Below, piece by piece: positions 24,401 through 31,830 of a stretch of DNA of 32,000 nt. This DNA comes from Telmatocola sphagniphila (GTDB lineage: Bacteria > Planctomycetota > Planctomycetia > Gemmatales > Gemmataceae). The stretch's first letter is position 1. Every line of letters begins with the position of its first letter. The translations under genes and the position numbers were made by a program. The notes beneath the pieces were generated by a model, which did no database searches, was not told the DNA's origin, and saw only the letters and a list, made by a program, of their open reading frames with translations. Location: assembly GCF_018398935.1 (NCBI RefSeq), contig NZ_CP074694.1, positions 1,980,001 to 2,012,000 on the forward strand. Reading direction: 5' to 3'.

Positions 24401-27280
24401 ATCGTATTCCAGGGTCAGGCTTTCGACGTTGATCGTCAGGTTGCCCACCGTGAACTTTCCGGTTAACTGCGCGCCGAGCGAGATAATTTGCGCCTGCCCG
24501 TTCGATACACTGAAAGTAAGCCCTGTCGTTCCGCCCCCCCCCAGATTCAGGCTGAAAGTGGCACTGCCGACCTGCAACGTCGTACTGCCCGTGACCGTGA
24601 CGCTCAGATCGGGATTAACGACCTGATTCAACCCGGATATATTGATGTCCCCCAGCGAAGGAAGCTGAACGTCCTCCAAAGGAGGTGGATTGAATCCGTT
24701 GAGCTGCAGATTGCCGTTGACCAGTGAGATGCTCGGGTTCCCAGCACCTCCCACGGTGATCGCCTGGCCGAAGTAATTGCCCGTGCCGGAAAAAGTGAAT
24801 TGATTCTGAACCGGGTCGTAAGTCACCGACAATGTGCCGGGATTGAAAACGACGTTATCGAGAGTTTGCGTGTTCGCGAAAGTATAAGTATTGCTGGCGA
24901 GTGTGACGACTCCGTTCCCAGTAGTCGGGTCTTGAGTGTAATTAAAATTTCCGGTCACCGGGCCGATGATCAGCCCGTCCGCATTGAGATTGAAACTGCC
25001 CTGAATCGTATAGGCCAGCGTGGATTGACTGAAATTGGAGCTCCAAACGAATCCGGAGGTCGATTGGATCTGCACTCCGGCCACATTGATAGACGGCGTG
25101 GAGAAACTGACCGAACTGATCACCCCGTTGACGATCTGAACGCCCTGGCCGACACCAAGAGTGACGGGAATAACCTGGCCATCGAGCGTAAGTGAGGCAG
25201 TGCCCAGAAGAGCAATCGTCGTCGCGTTGACGGCCTGACTGTACAGGCCGTACGGCGTGAACGTCAAGGGCTGCACGCTCAAGGGACCTGCCACCTGGAA
25301 GTTCGACAGACTGTTGCCGTTTTGATCGATGCCAAAGATGTAATTGGTTCCCGTTCCGGAAATCGTCAGATTTTGACCGGAGACTGGGATGGTAGCCTGG
25401 CCCTGGAATATCGTGGTGCCACTGGTCGGATTGAAGGACGCAGTTAGATTGGTGACATTATAAGTAAGCCCATTCAGGGAGACGCTCCCCGACGGACTGA
25501 AGAAATTATAAGTCGATGCGGTTACATTGCCATTGCTGTCCAGAACGAATCCGCTAGTGCCGTCGGCCCCAAGATCGGCGTTGCCTTGCGGTGTCGTGGC
25601 GCCGCCTACAAAAGAGAACGCCTGGCTGTTGGGATCGTAAACCGCGCTCATCGGCGACAAACCGTCCACGGCCGCGGGAGTGTAGGTTATGCCGCCAAGT
25701 GTGAGGCTGTTGAGCGAAAAACTGATGCTGCTGACCGTGCCGTTATTCGCAACGATCCCCGGAGGAGAGGAGCCAAACGTCACCTGCGCATGACCACCCT
25801 GCAAACTTGCCGTGGCACTACCCGAGAGATCGAAGGATGCGGAATTCTCATCGTAAATCGCGGTCAAGTTTCCAAAGAACGAAAGTCCGCCGAAATTGAC
25901 CAGCGTCACCTGGAAGGATATAGGATCCAAAGCTCCGTTGGTTATAGTCCAAGGGGATTGATAGGTGCCTGGAGGCGGTTCATATGTTGAGCCTGACGGA
26001 TAAGGCGGATACGCCTGATTTGCCCCCCCCTGCTCGTTTACCCCGAGTAGGATGATTTGTGTGACCCCGGGTGTCAGAACCGTCTGCGCCATCCCCTGAA
26101 TAGTGAACTGATTTTCCGTCGTGTTAAAACCCAAGAACAACCCCGGTGACTGGATCTGAGGGTAGGCTGTGAAGCTCTGATCCCCGATGGTCAGGCTATT
26201 GATCGTAAAAAGCGGGAGCGGGTTCGCGGGTTGATACTCCAAGTTTTGCAACGACTGAAGAATGCTCAGTTGCCCATTGTTGTACTGCAAACCTCCGGAG
26301 TACTGCGCTTGAGTTCCGAAGGTGACACTCGCAGAACCGACATCGAATTCTGCAGTCGCGGTTCCAGTGATATTGAAGGGATAAACCTCACCGGCATAGC
26401 CGCCGGAGCCGGAATAAGCGACGGTCGCGGTCAAGGCGCTCGATTGAAACGTCAAGCCGTCGAGTGTAAAGGTAAAGGGTCCGGAACCTCCGTTGGCATC
26501 CTGAAAAACTGGCAAGATGGAGAAAGTGTTGTTAGGGGCATAGACGCCAGGAATGAAAGTAAAAGCAGATGTACTGGGATAGAATGGATTCTCGTTAATG
26601 GCCAAAGAGGACGCCGGGATCTGTAGTCCCGCATTGGTGAAGCCGGACAAACCCAAAACCCCCCCCAACGATAAATACGCCGAATCGTAGGTATGGCCAG
26701 AAGAAGTGCTGTAATTGACGAAAAAGTCGCCCGGCACAAAAGTCTGTCCGCCGATCTGGAAAGGTACCGCATCGGCGTTCGGAATCTTGATGTCGGTATC
26801 GTTGACGAGATCGCTCATCGTAAACAAATAAGGATTTCCCGTTCCGGTATCGACAAGAGTTTGATTAGTGGTTTGTGAACCGTTCGAAAGAATGGCCGCC
26901 ATCACTTGAGTGGATATCGTAACGGTGCCAAAAAAACTGTTATTGCTATTGCTGAAGGATAGGTTGCTGAGTGTCAATCCATTAGGAAATGAAAAGAAGG
27001 GTACGAAATTCCCTTTCACTTCACCGCCGGGCACATAGAACCCGGCCGTGACTGCCGAAGTGGAAGTCACCGTTGTCGTTTGTGGTGTCGTGGCCGGGAA
27101 ATTTCCCTGGAATTGCAGATCTGCATAAGGTCCGTAACCCACATTGTAGAAAACATCTACATTTGCGGGGACCACACGATCTTCGAGCAATTGCACGCCC
27201 AGTTTGTGACGACGCACTGGCTTGACAGAGAGAGCCTGATCGACCCAGCAACGCTTCAACCAACTCAGGGGACTTGCCAT
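18416..27280 (-). CDS. Giant secreted/surface protein (2,954 aa) with N-terminal LEDR-type leader, beta-rich repeat modules, five Ig/cadherin-like repeats, DUF4214-like repeats and a C-terminal trypsin-fold serine protease
   Basis: One uninterrupted ORF. The N-terminus is ...HKLGVQLLEDRVVPA. The composition is dominated by T/S/G/N/V. DUF4214-like units include FVAQLYRDLLNR...DGW, LYESLLHR, FVEVLYQDILNR...AGW and LLLYQQLLRR. The protease triad is read directly: LTAAHV (His codon 18926-18928), NDIAVLEL (Asp 18800-18802), GDSGSP (Ser 18569-18571). Confidence 0.9.
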   Translation of the reverse strand: MASPLSWLKRCWVDQALSVKPVRRHKLGVQLLEDRVVPANVDVFYNVGYGPYADLQFQGNFPATTPQTTTVTSTSAVTAGFYVPGGEVKGNFVPFFSFPNGLTLSNLSFSNSNNSFFGTVTISTQVMAAILSNGSQTTNQTLVDTGTGNPYLFTMSDLVNDTDIKIPNADAVPFQIGGQTFVPGDFFVNYSTSSGHTYDSAYLSLGGVLGLSGFTNAGLQIPASSLAINENPFYPSTSAFTFIPGVYAPNNTFSILPVFQDANGGSGPFTFTLDGLTFQSSALTATVAYSGSGGYAGEVYPFNITGTATAEFDVGSASVTFGTQAQYSGGLQYNNGQLSILQSLQNLEYQPANPLPLFTINSLTIGDQSFTAYPQIQSPGLFLGFNTTENQFTIQGMAQTVLTPGVTQIILLGVNEQGGANQAYPPYPSGSTYEPPPGTYQSPWTITNGALDPISFQVTLVNFGGLSFFGNLTAIYDENSASFDLSGSATASLQGGHAQVTFGSSPPGIVANNGTVSSISFSLNSLTLGGITYTPAAVDGLSPMSAVYDPNSQAFSFVGGATTPQGNADLGADGTSGFVLDSNGNVTASTYNFFSPSGSVSLNGLTYNVTNLTASFNPTSGTTIFQGQATIPVSGQNLTISGTGTNYIFGIDQNGNSLSNFQVAGPLSVQPLTFTPYGLYSQAVNATTIALLGTASLTLDGQVIPVTLGVGQGVQIVNGVISSVSFSTPSINVAGVQIQSTSGFVWSSNFSQSTLAYTIQGSFNLNADGLIIGPVTGNFNYTQDPTTGNGVVTLASNTYTFANTQTLDNVVFNPGTLSVTYDPVQNQFTFSGTGNYFGQAITVGGAGNPSISLVNGNLQLNGFNPPPLEDVQLPSLGDINISGLNQVVNPDLSVTVTGSTTLQVGSATFSLNLGGGGTTGLTFSVSNGQAQIISLGAQLTGKFTVGNLTINVESLTLEYDVPSDTITIDGTANATFKAASQTIKVELQLGEGTTPGIVLQNGQLQSLEASITSDFSLFGVKVHIKDAGVEYDSTNSSFGIFGTVILTTAPKGGHSVLNNFGVSLGSGPDDPGIEIVDGSLQSLDIELDGSIDLDGVTATSKGLTLQYDSAASTLQITGGLQVSLASGFTGTVSLPGQGLLINTSDGSVQLLGLEIKIADLKLGPIGIQDLEFEYAQDSQGNTTISGSGMVSLPGGITVGGSFEISNGQLSEIGISFSRTPGIPIGDFGYITSISGQVSGLNDLADDFEFDGSVTGTFGPSIKIYNKTEAAATVTGSIKINAKMMEIDGDIEYLGGLYGKGSGKAIFYFTGPNLINISGSSTIISIPPYGSVLTGNLAFDLDKSGDITFNGGFNVTVPSNIPKIGGKSLGTLTVYLQIRPEQSASNSYAQFTASVTVIVKISATLKVDLTGEVQGSVSADLGIFGTYSAGFSFYLPGTRTVIVDGSGAPVTYQIAPDTSPASDSPPTLALSASPESGSPAADIDYTGTTSYPTDTTIDIYADTNSSGYNGQLIASDLPFKAGQQSFEWDDFAEFASQPYDPTKPIYFYGVIKDGTNPPVYTAYTSGIIPPDYDPTVTVPTIQNTSSNTPIEFSSASGNAIVVTDPMEEFDNNAQVQVIVHANSGSFQVSNFQGDVTLSGQGSNELTLVGPGFDVSQELDGMIYTPQPGAFFKDSVQVAVSRYQGEFTTPITSNFGVTIYPLSLVLGDPNAGNPNDTQTPSPATNVSYTLGSGPAPLLEQLQVEDAEDGMIRGASVSISNYVQGQDFLILPLKFQQQTGITATFNMATGVLSLSGTEPVNMYQIALDDVQYNSSGTPSNESLVIALGDDSGNQASLTEPIVTKANNSPPVVAPLGIGLLYMQGDAPAALDPGITVSNPQGGQIVAAVISFYPATYNPGEDELLFTNQNGISGAFDSAKGVLTLSGNATAADYTAALQSIQYVDLSGSVTPGFRELTVSVINDNSTKNFANATERLQVSSSASVPQTPVVTLSTANVTASTRTNAVVLDKGLTVSDSEAATLLGAHVAISGNYSPGEDSLNATQLFGGIQESFDVNTGILTLSGESSVYDYQIALASVTFTDLVQARSGLPRTISFSVNDGLTPSANATLTLTVPVIPYVTTGFVNLQVTAGRTAFAIDPTVTINYSGATLSGATISFPGVYFSDEDQLIFTNQNGITGNFDSATGVLSLSGTASIADYQTALQSIEYYNSRVNPIAGSREVDFSISDGSVTSLPAYVVVDVNAADVPPTLSVPPNTLQFVQNGTPLPVAPTLSIQDPDPALPDGSGQHTIYNASVSIGNYVPGEDLLSFTPSGGITGTFNATQGILQLSGAATEAQYEAVLESVQYQDVSPAPVTTPRTITFSINDGMASVDTVNVTVDVKSLLIPPTQTAGSINPLNLLTNAAPISLGLGSLNFATPSTKEPYLIYTVTQVPGAIGQVMFSDGTVAAAGQTYTLAQIQSANFEPKLNASGSGNFTFTVAGFNPILNQPDPTALTRSVPITVSGTTTKTSNELFVAQLYRDLLNRNGSLAELDGWAVQLDAGVAPSTVVTGIESSKEYRADQINALYESLLHRSVDVSGQTSYLGDMQKGATIEQIRVDIASSPEFYRTQGNSSPTGFVEVLYQDILNRTVSTTEAAGWIQQFTKNNNRVSVVEGIANSSEAFQDRTLLLYQQLLRRQPEQSGLTSNATQMAKTGEAAVVATMAGSVEYYSRYTGGPDSDLRSDASGNSASVSTNSSATSDSSQPLNEEGNAATTTGFASVGIVNFSGQGVGGGTLIAPRFVLTAAHVIDGRDPSTLTFTVGGATYNVAKVFEYPEYDPAEIGTNAANDIAVLELTKSVLNVAPSPINESVPAAGQLLTLVGFGARDGDAFGVKHKGTTPIGNVTSTLLTWTYQNNQQDDTVVGDSGSPEFVLKNGVYYIAGITSGGTQTNSSFGDNEYNTRVDVYASWIDSIAGL

Positions 27281-27405
27281 GATGGAGACCTTTCAATTCT
27301 CGCGGGAGAGTTCGGCGCGCAGACTGAGCCAGACCGGCGGAAAGCCCGTCGAGCCAAGGCTGTTGATCGCTTTACCTGCTGCGTATAAAAAACGTAAGGA
27401 AGAAA

Positions 27406-29961
27406 TTAAGGCATAGTTTTTTTTCGCAGTTCCAGTTCCCTGCGCCACTTCGCGGCTTCATTTGTCCGGCCACAGTCTTCACACAAATTGACCAGTTGGC
27501 GGACAATAGAGGCAGCCAGATCATTGAGATCCAGTTTCCCAGTGCTACCCAGAATTATCAAACCGTCGTAAAATCGCTCGAGAACACCGATGGCACGATC
27601 TCTGTGACCCGAAGCGATATTGCACTCCACAAGGAAGCCGACGCACCAGCGAACTTCCGCCGATTCGAAGGAAAATTTTGTCCTATAAGCCGTGTAGAGT
27701 TTTTCTCCCACTTCGACTGCTTTGTCGAGTTGTTTCGTGCGCTGATATGTTTCCATCAGGCGTCGCATTCCTCTGAGTCTTAGTGGATGCGAAACGCCCA
27801 ATTGGTCCGTTTCCAGAGGCAGCAGTTCCTCTCTCAGGGCAACCGCCCGCTCGAGTCGGCCGGCGTCCTCGTAAGCCGAAGCCAAATTATCCTTGAAGAA
27901 TAAGACATTGGGGTGCTTCGGAAACTGTTCTTGCGTACTTCTCGCCGTCTCCTCCAGAATGGGCATCGCTAGATCCATCTGTCGGGCCGCCTGATAAACC
28001 AACCCGAGATTGTGACGTTGCCCGATGGTGGTCAAGTCGAACTCGCCCAGATGCTCTTTCATCAGCAGTTGAGTTTCGATGTGAAGAGCTATCGCCTCTT
28101 TGTGCTGACCTCTGAGGGAGTAGATTCCCGCAAGATTGTTCATGCTCCAGAGCGTATCTCGATGGTGGGGCCCGAGGTGTTCCCGCATCCTCTGAAGTAC
28201 GTCTTCGTATAGCTCCTGGGCCTGATTCCAGGAACCGGATTCTTGATACGCTTCTCCCAAAGTTTTCGTAGCAAAGAGGGCTTTCTCGCTCTCCGCACCC
28301 AGCACATCCGTATACAGCGAGCACGCTCGTTTCAGCTGAGGAATAGCCAAAGCAGGCTCTCCTAATCGGCGATAACTCATTCCGATCACCGTTCGAACGG
28401 AAGCCTCGATGAGCGGTTGATCCTTGAACGCAACGCCAATTTCGGGCACCGCGGAATCGATTGCTCTGCGAAGCGTCACCTCGTTTCCCAGCCCGTTGTC
28501 GGCGACCGGTCGCCCGGCTGCTAAAACATTGTTTTCAAGAAAATGCAGCACGGCCGAGACTTCGCGACCTTTGGCTTCCGCCCTTTCCCGCTGCCCGGCC
28601 TCGGCCTTAGCCATCTCCCGTGCCCTCTCATTCGCTCGAGAAGCGCGAAAAGCCAGTATTGTGCTTACGGTGATACCAGCGATCAGCAGCAGGCAGATCG
28701 CCGCTACGGCGGACAAAAGCGCTTTGTGTCGACGGGCCATTTTCCGAAAGCGATAAGCCCGGCTCGGAGGACAGGCTTCGACAGGCTCATCGTTGAGATA
28801 TCGCTCCAGATCGCGTGCCAAGCAATTGGCGGAGGCATAGCGTCGCGTCCGATCTTTCTCGAGAGCTTTCATCACGATCGAGTCGAGTTCTCCATGAAGC
28901 TCCCGACTCCATTTCGCGGCGGCGACCAGTCGATAGTCCAGCTTCGCCGGAGAACTCTCCCCGGGCTCCATTAAACGGAGGCTCGGACGCGGCGGATCTT
29001 CCTCGCGAATGAGACGGAGATTATCAAGCAGAGTGGTTTTTTTGATTCGCTGTCTCGTCAGCGGGGTTGTACCGGTCAACAATTCGTAGATGAGTACGCC
29101 CAGAGAATAAATGTCGGCCCGAGAATCGATATCCAGGGAGTCGAGATTCGCCTGCTCCGGGCTCATGTATTCTAGTGTGCCGATCACTGTTCCCAGACCG
29201 GTCACGAGCGTACTTTCCGTCAGATCCTGACCGACGGCTTTGGCCACCCCGAAATCGATAACCTTTGGGACGGGTTTTCCTTCCTGCTCAGTGACGAGGA
29301 CATTGGTCGGCTTCAGATCGCGGTGAATTATTCCTTTCTGGTGGGCATGCTGCACGGCCTCGCAGACGGGTATCAGCAAAGCCAGTCGCTCGCGAGGTGG
29401 AAGATTATGTTCATCGCAGTATTGCGTGATCGATTTGCCCAGGACCAGTTCCATCACGAGGAAAGGTCTCCCCGAAGAAGTCACGCCACCGTCAAGGACT
29501 TTGGCGATATTCGGGTGATCCATAAGCGCCAGGGCTTGGCGTTCCGCCTCGAAGCGAGCGAGCAGCCCTTTGGAATCCAGCCCCGGCTTGATTAATTTAA
29601 CGGCAACCTTCCGCTTTATGGGCTCCAACTGGAGTGCAGCCCATACCGAGCCCATTCCGCCGCCGCCGATTTCATCGACGAGTCTGTAGCGGCCCGCAAC
29701 AACAGTTCCGGATTCGATTCCTGGATCGGTAAATTGAGAAGCGGAGTGTTGATGGAGAATTTTGGGCACAAACGTGGGAGCAGCCGGTTCCTCGAGAAAG
29801 TCGCCGGCCAACTCGCTTGCTTCAAGTAACGATTCCACCTGCTTCCGGAGCTGAATATTCTCCGCGCACTCCGCATCGAGAAATCGTCCACGCATCTGGG
29901 CGTTGTCGACAAGGAGAGCCTTGAGGAACAATTCGTTAGCTCGGGGGTTCCAGATCTGCAT
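27406..29961 (-). CDS. Membrane Ser/Thr protein kinase with C-terminal TPR region (intact paralogue)
   Basis: Preferred start is ATG 29961 (MQIWNPRANELFLKAL...); the track uses TTG 29988. Motifs: GGGGMGSVW, HRDLKPTNVL, DFGVAKA, SPEQ. TM helix LLSAVAAICLLLIAGITVSTILAF. Several clear TPR units follow (e.g. WNQAQELYEDVL, NNLAGIYSLRGQHKEAIAL). End coordinate taken from the track. Confidence 0.9.
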   Translation of the reverse strand: MQIWNPRANELFLKALLVDNAQMRGRFLDAECAENIQLRKQVESLLEASELAGDFLEEPAAPTFVPKILHQHSASQFTDPGIESGTVVAGRYRLVDEIGGGGMGSVWAALQLEPIKRKVAVKLIKPGLDSKGLLARFEAERQALALMDHPNIAKVLDGGVTSSGRPFLVMELVLGKSITQYCDEHNLPPRERLALLIPVCEAVQHAHQKGIIHRDLKPTNVLVTEQEGKPVPKVIDFGVAKAVGQDLTESTLVTGLGTVIGTLEYMSPEQANLDSLDIDSRADIYSLGVLIYELLTGTTPLTRQRIKKTTLLDNLRLIREEDPPRPSLRLMEPGESSPAKLDYRLVAAAKWSRELHGELDSIVMKALEKDRTRRYASANCLARDLERYLNDEPVEACPPSRAYRFRKMARRHKALLSAVAAICLLLIAGITVSTILAFRASRANERAREMAKAEAGQRERAEAKGREVSAVLHFLENNVLAAGRPVADNGLGNEVTLRRAIDSAVPEIGVAFKDQPLIEASVRTVIGMSYRRLGEPALAIPQLKRACSLYTDVLGAESEKALFATKTLGEAYQESGSWNQAQELYEDVLQRMREHLGPHHRDTLWSMNNLAGIYSLRGQHKEAIALHIETQLLMKEHLGEFDLTTIGQRHNLGLVYQAARQMDLAMPILEETARSTQEQFPKHPNVLFFKDNLASAYEDAGRLERAVALREELLPLETDQLGVSHPLRLRGMRRLMETYQRTKQLDKAVEVGEKLYTAYRTKFSFESAEVRWCVGFLVECNIASGHRDRAIGVLERFYDGLIILGSTGKLDLNDLAASIVRQLVNLCEDCGRTNEAAKWRRELELRKKTMP

Positions 29962-30093
29962 TCCAAGCCCAAACACAGGGTGCGGCAAACAATAGCTGCT
30001 GTGCGTTGGAAAAGTCGCACGAAAGTAATGCGAATTTTAGAGGATTTTTGCAGACAAAAATTTGATTTATTTCGAAAGAAATGTGCCGTCGCC

Positions 30094-30654
30094 TTAATCG
30101 CTATTAATTCGTCGGTATAACCACGCACGGCCAACCGCCCATAATCGGTCGGCCACGCCGCGCGTGATGCCCAGAGCATCTGCTGCTTCCTGATGCGTCA
30201 ATCCGGCAAAGTAACGCAGCTTGATCAACTGGGCGGTTTGTGCGTCGCACTCAGACAGTTCAGTCAAAGCTTCGTCAATTGCCAGCAACTCGACGGAGCG
30301 TTCGGATTCATCCGCGACGGCAAGCAGGTCAAAGTTCCGTCGCTGTCGATCTCCCCCTCTTTTGAGGGTGGCTTTACGGCGTGCGGATTCTACCAATATT
30401 CGACGCATCGCTTCCGCCGCAGCTGCGAAAAAATGACCGCGATTACTCCAGTGGGAACTATCTGAAGTATCCACAAGGCGAATGTAGGCTTCGTGGACGA
30501 GAGCCGTGGGATTGAGAGAATGCCCGCAAGCTTCACTCGCCATGCGGGAGGCCGCCAGTTTGCGCAGCTCTTCGTAGACCTGAGGCAATAACTCGACTGC
30601 GGCCCGTTGATCGCCTTTAGCGGCTGCATCCAGAAGTATCGAAACGCTGCTCAT
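30094..30654 (-). CDS. ECF-type RNA polymerase sigma factor (TIGR02999-like, kinase-associated type)
   Basis: 186 aa: LLPQVYEELRKLAASRM...LNPTALVHEAYIRL...LIKLRYFAGLTHQEAADALGITRGVADRLW. It is the first gene of a same-strand pair with the kinase 133 bp downstream. Confidence 0.9.
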   Translation of the reverse strand: MSSVSILLDAAAKGDQRAAVELLPQVYEELRKLAASRMASEACGHSLNPTALVHEAYIRLVDTSDSSHWSNRGHFFAAAAEAMRRILVESARRKATLKRGGDRQRRNFDLLAVADESERSVELLAIDEALTELSECDAQTAQLIKLRYFAGLTHQEAADALGITRGVADRLWAVGRAWLYRRINSD

Positions 30655-30729
30655 AGCCTATTCGTAATCATCCGAAGACATAAACAGGTGTCGAATTCAA
30701 CCCATGTTGCGAAGAGAGACCCATGCTAA

Positions 30730-30847
30730 CTCACAAGTTTCCCCGTGTAAATAATTTGTGAGTTTGATTAGTCGGGACTACGTTACTTCTTATGCATCAA
30801 AATCAAACTTTTTATTAAAACCAATTTATTTATTGGAAACTTGTGAG
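30730..30847. repeat. Perfect 13-bp inverted repeat CTCACAAGTTTCC / GGAAACTTGTGAG, 92 bp apart, in AT-rich DNA upstream of the sigma gene
   Basis: Arms at 30730-30742 and 30835-30847. An extra TTGTGAG lies at 30756-30762, and ATAATTTG strings sit next to two of the copies. Confidence 0.7.
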
Positions 30848-30974
30848 ATAATTTGAATGGCTCATCCGTTTTTAGTTGTAAAGTTGAGTGAAAATGCTCT
30901 AGATTTGGTTGACGAAGCCGCGAATCTCTGCAATGGTCGGCCCTATTTTTTTCGAGGCCCAATTCACGTCCAGA

Positions 30975-31148
30975 ACGTACTCTCGTCCAGAGCGTAGTTA
31001 GACTCTGAATTCCATAACTTCGGCGTAGCACTACCCGAATCTTGGTATTGAGACCCTCCACTGGGCCGCTGCTTTTGCGTTCCTCGAAGTAGGCTAAAAT
31101 CCCGTCCCAATTATTCTTGAGCATCGTGATGAACGGCTCCCAATCCAT
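30975..31148 (-). pseudogene. ISL3-family transposase, C-terminal remnant
   Basis: WEPFITMLKNNWDGILAYFEERKSSGPVEGLNTKIRVVLRRSYGIQSLTTL matches the ISL3 C-terminal W..IL.YF....TNG.VEG.N.KIK...R..YG pattern. The catalytic part is absent. The rest of track ORF 30783..31148 is AT-rich read-through. Confidence 0.55.
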
Positions 31149-31177
31149 CTCAGTCTCGCGGGCCTGACTGATCGCGT

Positions 31178-31830
31178 TTAAATTTCGGGGATATTGAGGA
31201 ATTCTTGAAGCATGAGTTCCCGCCGTTGATCACTGGCACAGGCGGCCAAGCGTTTCTTGTTTAGGGATTCTTTGCCGCTGGCATTAACTAATATACTTAG
31301 AGCCAATCGTTTCAGACGCGTGAAATTCTGAGGTCCATCGCCCTCTCGAACTCGGCTGTCGTCATCGCCAAACGTCACATCCAAATGCCAATGCAAACCG
31401 TTTTCTACACCCCAGTGATTGCGAACGGCCTGGGCGAAGACTTCCGCGGTCGCTTTCCGGCGGCTGATGTAATATCGAATTTCACTCGTGCTCCGACCTT
31501 TATCGCGGCGATCGGTTACCACAACCCCCACGCTCTTGAGTCCCTGCCAATCCTTCCGGGACGACAGGAATTTCAGATCCGAAAATACCCGGCAACCCCG
31601 GTACTCTTCCCGACCTTGATTCTTCTCGGTCGATTCGCACAACGTCGTCGCCACCTCCGTAAAACCCGACTCCAGATGCTTCTGAAAATGGGACGATATT
31701 TCCGCAGGCAAGCTCGGCTGATTTTCTTTCAGCGCCAAAAGGTAATCCGCTTTCCGCCGACGGATAGCCCGCGCGATTTCCTTCGGGCAGCCCATCGCGT
31801 CAATGGTCCCGATTGAACCGGCGAACCGTC
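31178..31830 (-). pseudogene. ISAs1-family transposase, 5'-truncated (C-terminal about 215 aa)
   Basis: Homology starts at ...SIGTIDAMGCPKEIARAI..DYLLALKENQ and includes RNHWGVENGLHWHLDVTFGDDDSRVR. The N-terminal half (DDE_Tnp_1-associated domain and first Asp) is missing. This is a different, diverged copy from 16998..18158. Confidence 0.75.

Noticed and set aside
18627-26878. Many 60-190-aa ORFs inside the giant gene on both strands (e.g. 18662..19237, 22432..22746, 22925..23344, 24800..25195, 25586..25990, 26231..26626, 26452..26772)
   Set aside because: These are shadow or alternative-frame ORFs of a long, compositionally biased gene. They are Arg/Pro/Gly-rich nonsense with no start context.
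27281-27405. An ECF-type promoter (GAAC...CGT) upstream of the giant gene
   Set aside because: The only GAAC (…CCGAACTCTCCCGCGAG…) has no CGT-like -10 at 16-17 nt and lies about 35 nt from the ATG. I cannot support a promoter call from the sequence alone.
27359-27424. Possible frameshift at the kinase 3' end. By my reading of the printed bases (GGCC at 27358-27361 and a T7 run at 27418-27424), the track ORFs 27080..27388 and 27406..29988 would not close as listed.
   Set aside because: The two one-base discrepancies cancel each other, and the supplied translations are internally consistent. I attribute this to my own misreading of homopolymer or line-break positions and used the track coordinates.
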